DNA of 64,000 nt from Azolla caroliniana (lineage: Eukaryota > Plantae > Polypodiophyta). The stretch lies in the NCBI GenBank assembly GCA_043228905.1, contig JBHGNT010000020.1:5208001-5272000 (forward strand). The letters run 5' to 3'. Of the stretch, positions 12,812 through 24,600 are shown one piece after another. Numbering within the stretch: position 1 is the stretch's first letter; each line of letters begins with the position of its first letter. Below the pieces are notes generated by a model, which made no database searches, was not told the DNA's origin, and worked only from the letters and a program-made list of their open reading frames with translations. The position numbers and the translations under genes are program-made.

Positions 12812-15800
12812 CACTTATGAACAACACAAGATGGGGGATGAGTAACTATATTAAATTAGCTTTATCAGCATCAAATACAAAAATACCTACAATGAGGTAT
12901 ATATAGATCTCATGTGTGAGGATAATATAGGTACAAAAGTGTAAGTCCTATATTAAATGTACTTGGGAGTGGAGGATCTAGAATATCCCAATTAAGTACA
13001 AGGTCCTATTAAGTCGTTATAGTCAACACTTCTAACTAGATTCTATCTAGGTAACTACGAAGTTATATGGTTGACTAACTAACTAAACTAAGTTGAGCTT
13101 GATCTCTCAACACGCCCCCTCAAGCTCAAGTGTGAGGCGTCCAACATCCGCTTTGGCTTTCGTTGGCTTCGTGTGCTTCCGTCCGGGCTTCGTCTTTCTT
13201 CGTCGTGGCAATCTCAGTTCCTCCCCCTCAAGCCGGTGATGAAGGCTTGTAGTGTGTGGGTGATAGTCCATTACTTCCACCCATCGTGGGTTACGAGCTG
13301 CTTCAATGGAGCTCTTGGGCTCTTGTTCAGCCGTTACCTTCATCGCAAAGGCGTAATGATGGGCCATGTACTCATTGTAGCCGTGCCGAGCGACGGGGTT
13401 CTTAGCTCTAGATGAGCGTCGAAGTTTTTCACTCACCGATGTGAGCGACTTCTTTACTCTGGGTGTCCGCATGATGGGTACACCGAACTCATTGTCTAGT
13501 GAGGGAGCCGATCCATCCGAATCATTGTCGTCGGGGTGGTCGACTTCGTATTCGGGCATCTTACCTTTGCCTTTCTCCAAGTTCGTACTTGGCCGCGACG
13601 TGCTTGGGTCGCGTGGGGGCTCTTGTGGCCCACTAGGTTTTGCCGTAATCGGACTTTCTTCGAACATGTATTCAAAGCGATCTCCATCTTTTACCTGTTG
13701 TTCGGCGGATTCCGGGTCGAGCGGAGTTAGAGTCGTAGTTGTCTCTGGTGCGTACCAGGATGCGGACTCGTCGAAGACTACGTCTCGACTTAGCCAAACC
13801 GCTTGGGTAGAAGGGTTGTAGCACTTGTATGCCTTCTTCTCGGACGAATATCCTATGAGGATACATTCCTCCGACTTCGCGTCAGGCTTCTGTCGGCTTT
13901 CGTTCGGGATGCGTACATTCGCAATGCTTCCGAACACCTTGAGGTGTGACAGGATCGACTTCCTTCCAACGAGGAGCTCGTAGGGAGTTAGCTCATGGAC
14001 TGCATTGGTGGTGCACCGGTTAATGAGATAGACTGTCGTGGATGCCGCTTCGGCTCAATAGAAATTCGGCATGTGCTTCTCATGCATCATGGCGCCTGCT
14101 ACCTCGAGTATTTGCCGATTTTTCCTTTCGGCGACTCCATTTTGTTGGGGTGTGTGTCGGCATGAGAATTCTCTGCGAATGCCTTCACTTTGGAGGTGAG
14201 GTGAATTTGTCGGAGAAGTACTCCTTTCCTCCATCCGATCGTAGGCATCGAATGTGCCGACCGGTTTCTTTTTCGACTTGCCCCTTGAGCTTTTGGAAGT
14301 GGGAGAACACTTTGTTCTTCTTCTTCATCGGATAGATCCATGCGTAGCGCGAGTAATCGTTGATGAAGGTTACGTAGTATCGGCATTCGCCGATCGTCGG
14401 CGTTTGAGCCGGTCCCCATACATCTGAATGTATGACGTCGAGGAGGCCTTTGCTTGCGTGGCTCTCCTTCGGGAATGGGAGTCGATGTTGTTTGCCGAGT
14501 TGACACGCTTCGCATACTCGGTCGACTCGTTTCGACTCGAATGTTAGAAGTCCAATGACGACTCCCTTGGTTTGCATCGCTCGAAGCCGTTGGAGGTTTA
14601 TGTGGCCGATTCTTTTGTAACACTACTCGATGCTTGTCTCGGTTTTGAGACCTTTGGCGTACATTGCCGATTTCACCTCATTCGAATCGAGGATGAACAT
14701 TCGGTCGTCTCTTCGCCCCTAAACCATCTTTCTCAATAAAGCATCCTTCTTTGTTAAAGTGAACTTGCATGCCTTGCTCCACGATTTGGCCAACGGAGAC
14801 CAAATTCTTCGTTATTGTGTGCACGTGCAAGACATTCTTGATGCAAGTTTGTTCGCCTTCTTTCCCGAATGGGACATTGCTGATGTGCCGAATGGGGTGC
14901 GTGGTGTCATCTCCCATCTCTATGAAGCCAGGTCGATCCGGTGTTCATAAATCACGAAACCATTCTTCGTGAGATGTCATGTGATGTGAGGCGCTGGAGT
15001 CGACGAACCACACGTCTTCCGAGTTGGAGGTGCTTGCGGAGTTGGAGGCCGTCATAGAGTTCGCTCCATGCCTCTTTACGAACATTCCGCCACGGTCGCC
15101 GTAGTCAGAATTTGATGCGTGATTCATGAACATTCCGCTATGATTGTCATAGTCGGAGTTCGATGCGTAGTTTGTGAGTTGTCGACTTGTTGAAGCTGAC
15201 TCACTTCTCTTTTTCTGACACTCCGCCTCGTAGTGGCCGACTTTGCCACAATAATTGCAAGTTGCAGGCCTCGTTTGCCGACCATGTTCGGCGTGGAAGC
15301 TCCCCCTTCTTCTGATGGTTCCTCGATGGATTCCGTGAAGGTTTGAGTTCCCTTCGTGTGATAGGTCGAATTGACCTCTTCTATTGTCGTGACCTCCTTC
15401 TCGGCCACCGTCCGAATTTGAGAAGAACATTTGTCCTTTTGACGTCTTGCTTTTGGTTTGGACGTGGTTCTTTTCGACCAATAGCATTGATTGGAGGTCG
15501 AAGAATGAAGGAGGGTTTTCTCTCACCAAGATTGTCGTCCGTAATGGATCGAATCGTTGTGTGAGGCCGCCCAAGCATACTTGAACCATCTCGTCTTCGT
15601 CGACGTTTATTTTGATGGAGCCAAGCGAGTCACAAATGCTCTTGATCTTGGCGGTGTAGTCCGACACGAACATGTCTTTTTGCTGAATGTTGTTCAACTC
15701 TTGTCGGAGTTGACGCTTCTTTAGGTGTCTTGGTGTCTCGAATGTGGCTAAGCATGTGGTCGTGGACACATGTTGCCAAACAATACATGACTCAACTCGC

Positions 15801-16240
15801 CGCTTGCTCCCATGTTGCGTAGTCGGGGTTCTTTGAGTCGGGTCGATTTTCTTGAGCGCCGTTGATGTAGCTCCAATACCCTTGGCCGACGAGGTATTGG
15901 GTCATCTTGTACTCCCAAGATGAATAATTGCTCCGGTCTAGCTTTTCACTAGGGAGCGAGCTACCCATTTGTGTGTTCATGTTGATTGTAGTGTCCTCTC
16001 TTCTTTTGCTTTTCTTCCTTCGATCACGTACATGTGCTACGTAGTGGCAATACGGTAGCCGATAGCCGGATTTTGTCGTCGGCGTCTCGAACACACAATC
16101 AAGGAGTCGGGTGGGCTTAGTGAATTTTCTAAACCACACACTCTGATACCATGTTAAGAATTAGGTAAGTAATTAAGCAAGGATTAATTAGTACCTAATT
16201 ATGTGATTAGTTGATAAGCGGAAGATTAAGTGATATGTGT

Positions 16241-16328
<88 letters not shown>

Positions 16329-16648
16329 CACTTATGAACAACACAAGATGGGGGATGAGTAACTATATTAAATTAGCTTTATCATCATCAAATACAAAAA
16401 TACCTACAATGAGGTAGGTATATATAGATCTCATGTGCAAGGTGCACATGTGTGAGGATAATATAGGTACAAAAGTGTAATTCCTATATTAAATGTACTT
16501 GGGAGTGGAGGACCTAGAATATCCCACTTAAGTACAAGGTCCTATTAAGTCGTTATAGTCAACACTTCTAACTAGATTCTATCTAGGTAACTACGAAGTT
16601 ATATGGTTGACTAACTAACTAAACTAAGTTGAGCTTGATCTCTCAACA
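12653..16648 (-). mobile_element. Ty1/Copia deletion derivative (gag-PR-INT, no RT or RNase H)
   Basis: LTRs 12653-13112 and 16152-16648; TSD ACTAG; iMet-type PBS abutting the LTR at 16140-16151; PPT at 13113. ORFs: gag (KLDRSNY, CNYCGKVGHYEAEC), WFVDSSASHHMT, integrase (HSDVWGP, LRSDGGKEY). Sequence jumps from NPRWVEVMD to the 3' end near 13270. Confidence 0.93.
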
Positions 16649-17198
16649 ACTAGCAATGGGTAATTGCTTTTTTTTGCACTGTTCAAATGGAAGGTATTAC
16701 TCATCGATTTATACAATGCTCGATTGCTTCTCAGATTTGGAGTTACAATTCTCAAATTTGGCAAGGTTTATCACAGTGTTATTTGACACCTAGACAGTGG
16801 GTGTTTGCACAATTTACACAGGTAGACCCAAAGTCAGAGATGGAGATTGTTTTTCTATTTTTGAGATATTGGGGATTGCGTCATAATTGGAATATGCGCA
16901 AAGCTTTTGTATTCGATGGTAGACATGGAGTGAAAGCATATCTACGAAAGTTGAAGGGAGTACTAATGTGACAATTTTCTTTATTGGAGCAAATGGAAAT
17001 CCTTTCCTTGGTGGAATGTTCGTCTTGCCTATTGGTAATTCAACATGTTCCATTACCCATGTAGTGTAGTGTAGTTAGTGGGTGACCATACTTCATGGTC
17101 ACACCCATTGTAAGTAGTGTTTTTTACACACATTTATTAATATAATTGTGTGTTTTCACCAAAAGAGAGAGGGGGCGGGGGGGGGGGGGGGGGGAGAG

Positions 17199-19953
17199 AA
17201 TTAGAATTTTGATCGTCCATAAAGAGGCCAAATTTGACCTATGGGACCAGAGTATACATGTGTTCTTGATATATGTCTCCTTCCTAAGAAGAGGTATTCA
17301 TATGTTAAAGCACAAAGTCTCTATGTGTTAATAAAGCATACACATATGAGCTCAACCTTCTAGGTGGTGTCTTAAGTATGGATCTTAAGTTATCACTCCC
17401 TCTTAGTATGTCAACATATCTTGAACGAATTGCACTATATGTCGAGCATGTGAAGAGCAAGTGACATTCATCCTCTACCATGCCTTCATTGCATACTTTA
17501 CATGTCTTCAAATTCGTTACATTTTCAGACCATGATGCAACTTCAATACCTAACTTGTGAGATTGAGTGCGAAGTAGTGTAAGGGCTCTACGAGCATTGC
17601 TACTCATATTGGTAATGAGATAAGGTTAGATACGATCAATAGACATTCTTGCTTTATATTGAGACCAACATTCAGGGTTGACATTTGCAATGTAGTATTC
17701 TAGTTTTGTCCTCTTAGCATCCTCCCACTTCATCCTTAATGATTCCACCAACCTTTCCTCAATCATTACATATTGCATAGCATTGCCTGAAAGCTCTAAA
17801 AGATCATCCACATCCTATCTTCTAAACCATTTCTTTATGTCAACAACCCAACCAGATGAGAGAATCTTACTTTTATGATTCTTTTGTAGCTTACATCCAA
17901 CATTCCAAGACAGATGTGGTAATCGATGATTCGACATATTCTTGACTTTTGTAATGTATTTATATAATCTTTGGAGTGCCAATAGTTCTATGGGTTGAAT
18001 ACCCGTTTCCAAGAGCATAACCTAGTAAGAGGTAGTGCATTTAACTCCTAATTGCCTCCTTAAAAACATCTTTTGAATTTTCTCAATCTCGTTCCATGCA
18101 TCAAGAGAGATGGTGCCACCCCATACTTCTACTCCATAAAGCAATACTTGAGTTACCATGGCATTGAACAACATTAATTTTACTTCCCATCCACAAGTAT
18201 CACTTTGGTTGCATTGGTTCTCCAAAAGGTAATATGATTTCCAACTGGCTTGGAGTCTAGAATCAAAGCATGCACTCCATTTATTTGTGGCGGGTACATC
18301 AATACCAAGATATTTAAAGCTTTGAACAAATTGTATATGTTTACCTTTATATGTGAGCATAGGGTAATGATGAGGTTGGATGGTTTGCACTACCATCATT
18401 TTTGTTTTCTCCACATTCACTGCTAGTCCACTACTATGGCAAAATTCTTCTAATACCCCAAGTAAATGTTGCATACTATCAACATCATATGAGAAGAGTA
18501 CCACATCATCTGCATATAGAAGCAATAAGATAACACGTTGCATCAAATTGGGGCCATTCAATCCTTCTTCTCTTGCAACCTTATTCACCACTTCTTCTAA
18601 TTTATCAATACATAAGCCAAAGAGTGTGGGTGATAGTGGACATCCTTGCTTGACCCTCATGTTACTTAAAAAGCTCTTTGAGAATCCACTATCCATTTTT
18701 AGTTGGCATTTAACTTGTTCATATAGGCGTGCAACCGCAACTCGGTACTCTAATGGCATGTCAATGTCTACCATTCTATTCCAAAGCTCACTTCGTGGTA
18801 CGGTATCAAAAGCTTTCTTGAAATCAACAAAACAACAATAAAGTGTTTTTCCTCGTAGTCGACTCTCTTCCATGATTACTCTTAATGTGAGCAAATGATC
18901 CACGATGGAGTGTTTTGGTCTAAATCCGGCTTGCCCAAGTGCTCTTTTGCTTGTACTCTCAGCCCATGTGCTTATCTTTTGCTCCATAATAGTACTATAA
19001 AATTTAGCAATAGTTAAGCTCACCATTATTGTACGATAATTTGCTACTTGATTCTTATCTCCGCCTTTAAATATTGGTTTAATCCAATTCATAAGCCAAT
19101 CATTTGGAAATCCTTGTTTTATAGCTTGCTCTAAAATTGTCATTATCCAATGACAAGTGTGTGGCATTGTACATTTTAAAAGCTCACTTGAGACGTAGGT
19201 TGAATCTGTTGCTTTCCCACTTGCCATCTTCTTTATTCCCTTATTGACATCATCAATATCGATACATGTATTGCATGGAGTTTCAATTTTCTCAACCATT
19301 GGAGCCACACCTTCATGCATATATAACCTTTGTACATAGTCTAGCATCTCTTCATTTGTAAAGTGACCTTTCATATCTTCTTTCTTACCCTTGAGTTGTC
19401 CCCATGCTAATTTTGGTTTGAGCTTAAACAAGTTTTTCTTTTTCATCTCTTGCATTTGGAAATGTCTTCCTTTCTTTCTCCTCACTACTTTAGGGTTTAA
19501 CTATGGACTTAAACCATTTGAGATAGATCTTACATTCATCGTCGAACCAAGAATTACATGGAAAACTACACACCTTATGCCCACCCACATGTCTCTTAAA
19601 GCATTGATATCCAACATTAAGGATTATATCCTTCAAATGTTGCCAATTTTCTTTAACATCGTTGCTTAGAGAAAAATTTAACAAATGGTTCTCCACTTCA
19701 TTTGCATACATCTTAGCTTTTTCGTAGCAAGGTTGGATGATACATCTTTTTTCGTCTTTCACTTCATGACATCTAGTGGAATGTGGAATTGCAAGCTCCA
19801 AGTACAATGGCTTGTGGTCTGAGTCTGGAGATAGAGAACCAACTTTAAACACATTCACCAATGATAGATCACATGCCAACATTAATGCATAATCAACCAC
19901 ACTTCCTCCACCCGAGGATGGTAAACATGTCAGTAATTGTCTATGGTAAACAC

Positions 19954-19956
<3 letters not shown>
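17199..19956 (-). mobile_element. 5'-truncated RTEX-like LINE (APE C-terminus, RT, C-terminal Cys/His domain)
   Basis: SVVDY...SDHKP endonuclease end (19490-19957); 487-aa RT ORF with QAGFR, FVDFKKAFD, QGCPLSPTLF, LLYADD; C-terminal RTQSHKLGIE...CKVC...VEDECHLLFTC. Both ends abut (GA)n. Clade call is from motifs only. Confidence 0.85.
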
Positions 19957-20002
<46 letters not shown>

Positions 20003-21663
20003 GTAACTCAGTAACCGTCTATGGACGAAGAAGAACTCAAGGTGGTTGCCTTAGAATCTCTTGCTATACTCCTCCTTACTTTAGTGATTTTGTTTTGGAG
20101 TCTTGTGGAATCCCGTGGTTTTTCCCTCTCAAGGTTTTCCACGTTGAAAGATTTTGTGTCTCTGTACTTTGTTCTTGTCTACTGTCTCTTGGTTCTTATC
20201 TCTCTCATTTTGTACGTGTTGACCGGTTGTGGTTGGCCACATATTCATATCACTTGTAACCTAGTTTATGATGCAGATACCGCCATTCTTTGTAACATCA
20301 TGATTTTGAATAATATAGTTACACCTCTGTGGGCCTCTCTGTCTCTCTCTATTGTTCTTGTTGATCTTGCTAAGTTTATCTCAGTTCCACTCAGTTTGTT
20401 TATCTTGGTTATGTCTATCAATCTATTGCTCTTCACACTATAGTGTTGTTTCAGTTTATCTTCACTAACAACCATTCCCAACATATGGTATCAGAGCGAA
20501 GGTTAGTATCCGTTGCCATTTTTCATCAGTCTCATCACTAGCACTCTTGCTTTTCACCACTAAAGACTTCAAGATTTCTGAAAACATATTGAACTGACTC
20601 TCCAAGATTTCTGTTGGATATCTAAATCTTCTAATTGGCAACTATAGATTTACATCTTGTGAGAAGAAGAGACACATTGCCGATTTTCACTCTATCCTGC
20701 TAGACCAAACTTCAAGTAGGCCACTCGGTTATACCTCTTCGTTAGTTTTAGTCACTCAAAGTGGAATCTTGAACTAGTAGGCACCATCCGTGCTCAATTC
20801 AACTAAGCAACATTCGGGTAGACTAATTAGCTCTGTTCCATTATATGTTGTAGCCATTCCGAGCAAGATCGACAATCCAATCAACATAATTTGTGCCTAA
20901 TTCAGCCAGTCAACACTCCAGATAGACTAGTTGGCTCTACTCCAAGTTTTGGTCATAGCCACTTCGGATAGGACAAGCCGACTGTTACGGGCATGACCAT
21001 ATAATATCATGTGGTGAGAATTTACCGTAGTATTCTATACACGTGAATAAAGTGTGAGGGTTAAACGAGAGTGTAAAGAAGGGGAGGATTACTTTTAATC
21101 CTCGGGATTACTTTTAATGGACAAGTGTGAACTTGCCTGGGGGCCTTAGGTCAGGCTATAAATATGAGGCCAAACTACCCTCATTTGACACATTATCGAC
21201 TACGTTGAGACTTTGACATTGTGGTGGGTCAACTCTTATAGCGAGCGCGCCAACACCAGGTAGGACTTGACGCCACGACGGTGGTATGAGATGCTAATCG
21301 AGACTCAAGTCCGTCTCGATCCCTTCGCTCGGGGGTGGTCAGGTGGATCGACACCCTTCTTTCTCTCTCTCCTTTCTTATTTATCTATCTTTTATCCTTA
21401 TCATATGCTTACATTAGATCTTAATTCCAACAATTAGTATTAGAGCTCATGTTTCTAATGTTTCTTTTGTTGGTTTTTGTTTTGTTCTTGATGGAAGGTG
21501 ATCGATCGACGTGTGGTCAACCTTGATCTAGATAACGATCAACAAAGGAACTTCGGTAACTCTTTCTTATTTTTTTTCTATTCTTTCTTCTCCCAATCTA
21601 ATAATGTATGTTAATATGTGTTTTCTGTCATTGATTCAATGATGTTGTAGTGGTAATTAATTG

Positions 21664-24600
21664 TGTTGAGCGGCAAGCTCAACCAGATCCGGATCGGCTA
21701 ATAAGCCTAAGCCGGTGAGCCAGGTAGTCGGGTCAGAGTAGTAACCAGAAGCCTAGTAGTAGCCTAGAATACTAGGTAATCATAGTTTCGTAGTTAGTGT
21801 CAAACGCTCGTGTGAGCATTGAAGTACATTGTACTTCTGTCAGTCCTTCTAAGGACTTGTATAAATAGTGTTGTTGAGCACGTTGTATGTACAGAGAATT
21901 TTTTGTAATAGAAGAACCGTTGTCTGCTCTCTCTATCTCTCTTGCGGACTCATTGTTAATCTATCTCTCACACACACACACTCTATCTCTGTTGCTATCT
22001 GTCTGAGCTGGTATTGATCAAATGCTTCCGCACTTTGACGTTTTCATGGTATCAGAGCACAAGGGTTGAGAACCTCTACAGCCGACATACGCCTTTGAAG
22101 ACGAACCCTAGCACCCGGTAACAACAGACAGATAGAAGATATGGACAGAGGAATGGCAAGTTCACTTCCAACAGAGAAGTTGGACCAGAGCAACTACGCG
22201 TCCTTGTGATATAAAATGCACCAGTACTTGTTGGGGCATGGATATTGGAGCTTCGTGGAAGGAACAAATGAAGTAGCGCCCAAACCGTCACACAAGGACT
22301 TCCCGGTATGGGAGCAAGGAGCAAGCCGAGTATTGTACTGCCTCGCATCCTATGTGCACAACCAGATGCTCGGCTACATCAAGGATGCAAAGATGCTAAA
22401 GGAGGCTTGGGAAAATCTACGAAAGATTTTCGCCGTGAGTACCACAACCCGTAAGTTGCAGCTCCGACAAGAGCTGAACAACATCCGGCAAAGAGACATG
22501 TCGGTTACAGACTACACCACCAAGATAAAGGAATTCTGCGACGCGCTCGGGTCCATCAACAGAACGGTGGACGAAGACGAGATGGTACAAATCTGCGTCG
22601 GTGGTCTACCGCAAAGGTACGGGCCAATCCGGACAACGATTTGCACCCAGGAGAAACCACCGTCTTTCTTCGACTTGCAATCGATGCTGATGGTTGAAGA
22701 AAACCACGCGAGTGGGTCAAGGACCACTCAATCGGACGGCCGGATGTTGTACACGGAGATAGATCGGCCCCATGGACGTGGTGGATGAGGTGGGTTGGCA
22801 CGCAATGGAGGCGGCAGGCAAGAGCAAGAACGGAGGCACAGAGGTGGTGCCGACAGCAGTTCCGGACTCTCCACCAGCAGGGGGAGTCAAAGCAGCGCCG
22901 GGAACTGGCAAGGAAAGGCCGACACGAAATGTTGGTACTGTGGCAAAAAGGGTCACAGGGAAAGCGAGTGCTAGAAGAAGCGCGCCGATTCGGACAAATC
23001 CAAATCCGGCAAAACCGGTCGAGGGAACCGGAAAAGCTCGCACTACGCGGAAGGATCGGAAGGATCTGGAACCGGGAAAACCTTCGTGATGAAGCACAAG
23101 GCTAACTTGATGAAGAAGACTACTTCCAAATTGGAGGAAGTATGGTACGTTGATTCCGAAGCTTCCAACCACATGACGAGCCATGAAGAGTGGTTGTATT
23201 TTTTGGAGAAGCCGGAACAACCGGGGATTGTCGAAACCGGAGACGACACGCCTCACCCGATTGTGTATGTCGGAGAAGTCCCTTTAAGCCATGTCAGACA
23301 AAAGGGGAAGTTGATGAACGTACTACACGTTCTAACTATCACAAAGAACCTGGTGTCAGTTGGACAAATTGTCGACCAGGGGATGCAGGTGCAGTTTACA
23401 CACTTAGGGTGCTTCATCGAGGAAGAAGGCCAGATAATTGTGCAAGGGCACAGAGAAGGGAGGATGTTCATCCTCAACACCAATGGCGTCGGCACCACCA
23501 TGTTTGCCAAAGAACAAAAGATTGAATCAAACATTGATCTCTGGCACAAGTGGATCGGCCACGTCAATTACCGGAGGCTTCAAGACCTGCAATCGAAACA
23601 AGTTGTGTTCGGATTGCCGAAATTCGGTGGCCGGAAGGCCCAAATATGTGAAGCTTGCCAACTCGGGAAGAAACACCGGCTTCCATTCCCCACTGAACGA
23701 AACCGGAGCCATAACAAGCTCGATTAAATCCATTCAGATGTATGGGGACTGACACACAAAGTATATTAGTCTTGGTGGGAGTCGGTATTTCGTCTCCTTC
23801 ATCAACGTCTACAACCGGCACACGTGGATCTACCTCATCGAGAGGAAGAGCGAAGTCTTCGAGTGTTTCCGGAACCTTCAAAGTTTGGTTGAACGGGAAA
23901 CGAAGAGGAAGATCAAGTGCCTGCGGTCAGATGGCGGGAAACAATACTTTTCCGGCCAATTCAACAGTTATCTGCAGCAGAATGGAATTCAAAGAGAATT
24001 CAGCCGCAGATACACGCCGGAGCAAAATGGTGTGGCCGAAAGGAAAAACTGGTTGATTGTCGACGCGGCAAGGGCAATGTTGGAGGATAAGAGCATGCCC
24101 CATTTCTACTAGGTTGAGGCAGTTCGGATGACCGTTTACATCCAAAACCAGATCGGTGGCAAGGTGTCAACACACGAGTTGTATTTCGGGTGCAAGCCGA
24201 ATTTGAGACACCTTCGGATATTCGGCAACATAACATATGTGCATGTACAGGATGAGAAGCGAAGGAAGCTGGATCCAAAGTCGGAGAAGTGCATCCTAGT
24301 CAGCTACTCGTATGAGCAAAAGGGGTATAAGTGCTATAATCCCCGGACTAAGCAAGTCCGAGTAAGCCAAGATGTTCAATATGATGAGACAACATCATGG
24401 TACTCCTTACCGACTCCAAGTCCTGACGAAAACCCAATTCTAGAAGATGAGGCTAGTGAGCCCAAGGAGGTCTAGATAGAAGACGAAGAGTTGGAGACTC
24501 TAGAAGAGAGAGAAGAGAGTCCGGAATCGTTTCAGTTGAGCGACTGGGTCAAAGTGACCGATTGGATGAAGAACCGGTGAGTAGTGGAGACTCTGTTGTG

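Larger units (their letters stand above)
6635..17164 (+). mobile_element. 5'-truncated L1-clade LINE (RT C-terminus plus zf-RVT), in pieces 6635-7711, 12455-12652 and 16654-17164
   Basis: GLHINWRKSSLI, FRHLGYPLG, W..LATPKRLGG motifs. After removing the inserts the frame reads NLLY|HCS and RGL|AMGNCF.C...EGITHRFIQC (CCHC). Ends in a short A tail adjoining (GA)n. Multiple stops. Confidence 0.85.
6180..20483 (+). mobile_element. 5' LTR of outer LTR retrotransposon X, split at its (GA)n tract (halves 6180-6607 and 20001-20483); internal region continues 20486-20982
   Basis: TGTTGAG at 6180 leads to (GA)n at 6608. After (GA)n at 19957-20000 an LTR-like CT-rich stretch ends CCCAACA at 20483, followed by TA and the tRNA-iMet PBS TGGTATCAGAGCG at 20486. 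Joining the halves is inferred; no second LTR copy is in the window. Confidence 0.6.

Noticed and set aside
17171-17194. Poly-G tract as a functional G-quadruplex
   Set aside because: It is embedded in a GA microsatellite between two LINE tails; more likely decay or a base-calling artefact.
20021-20443. Hydrophobic 140-aa ORF resembling a membrane or env-like protein
   Set aside because: It lies inside the T/C-rich half of an LTR upstream of the PBS; composition alone explains the Leu/Val/Ser/Phe bias.
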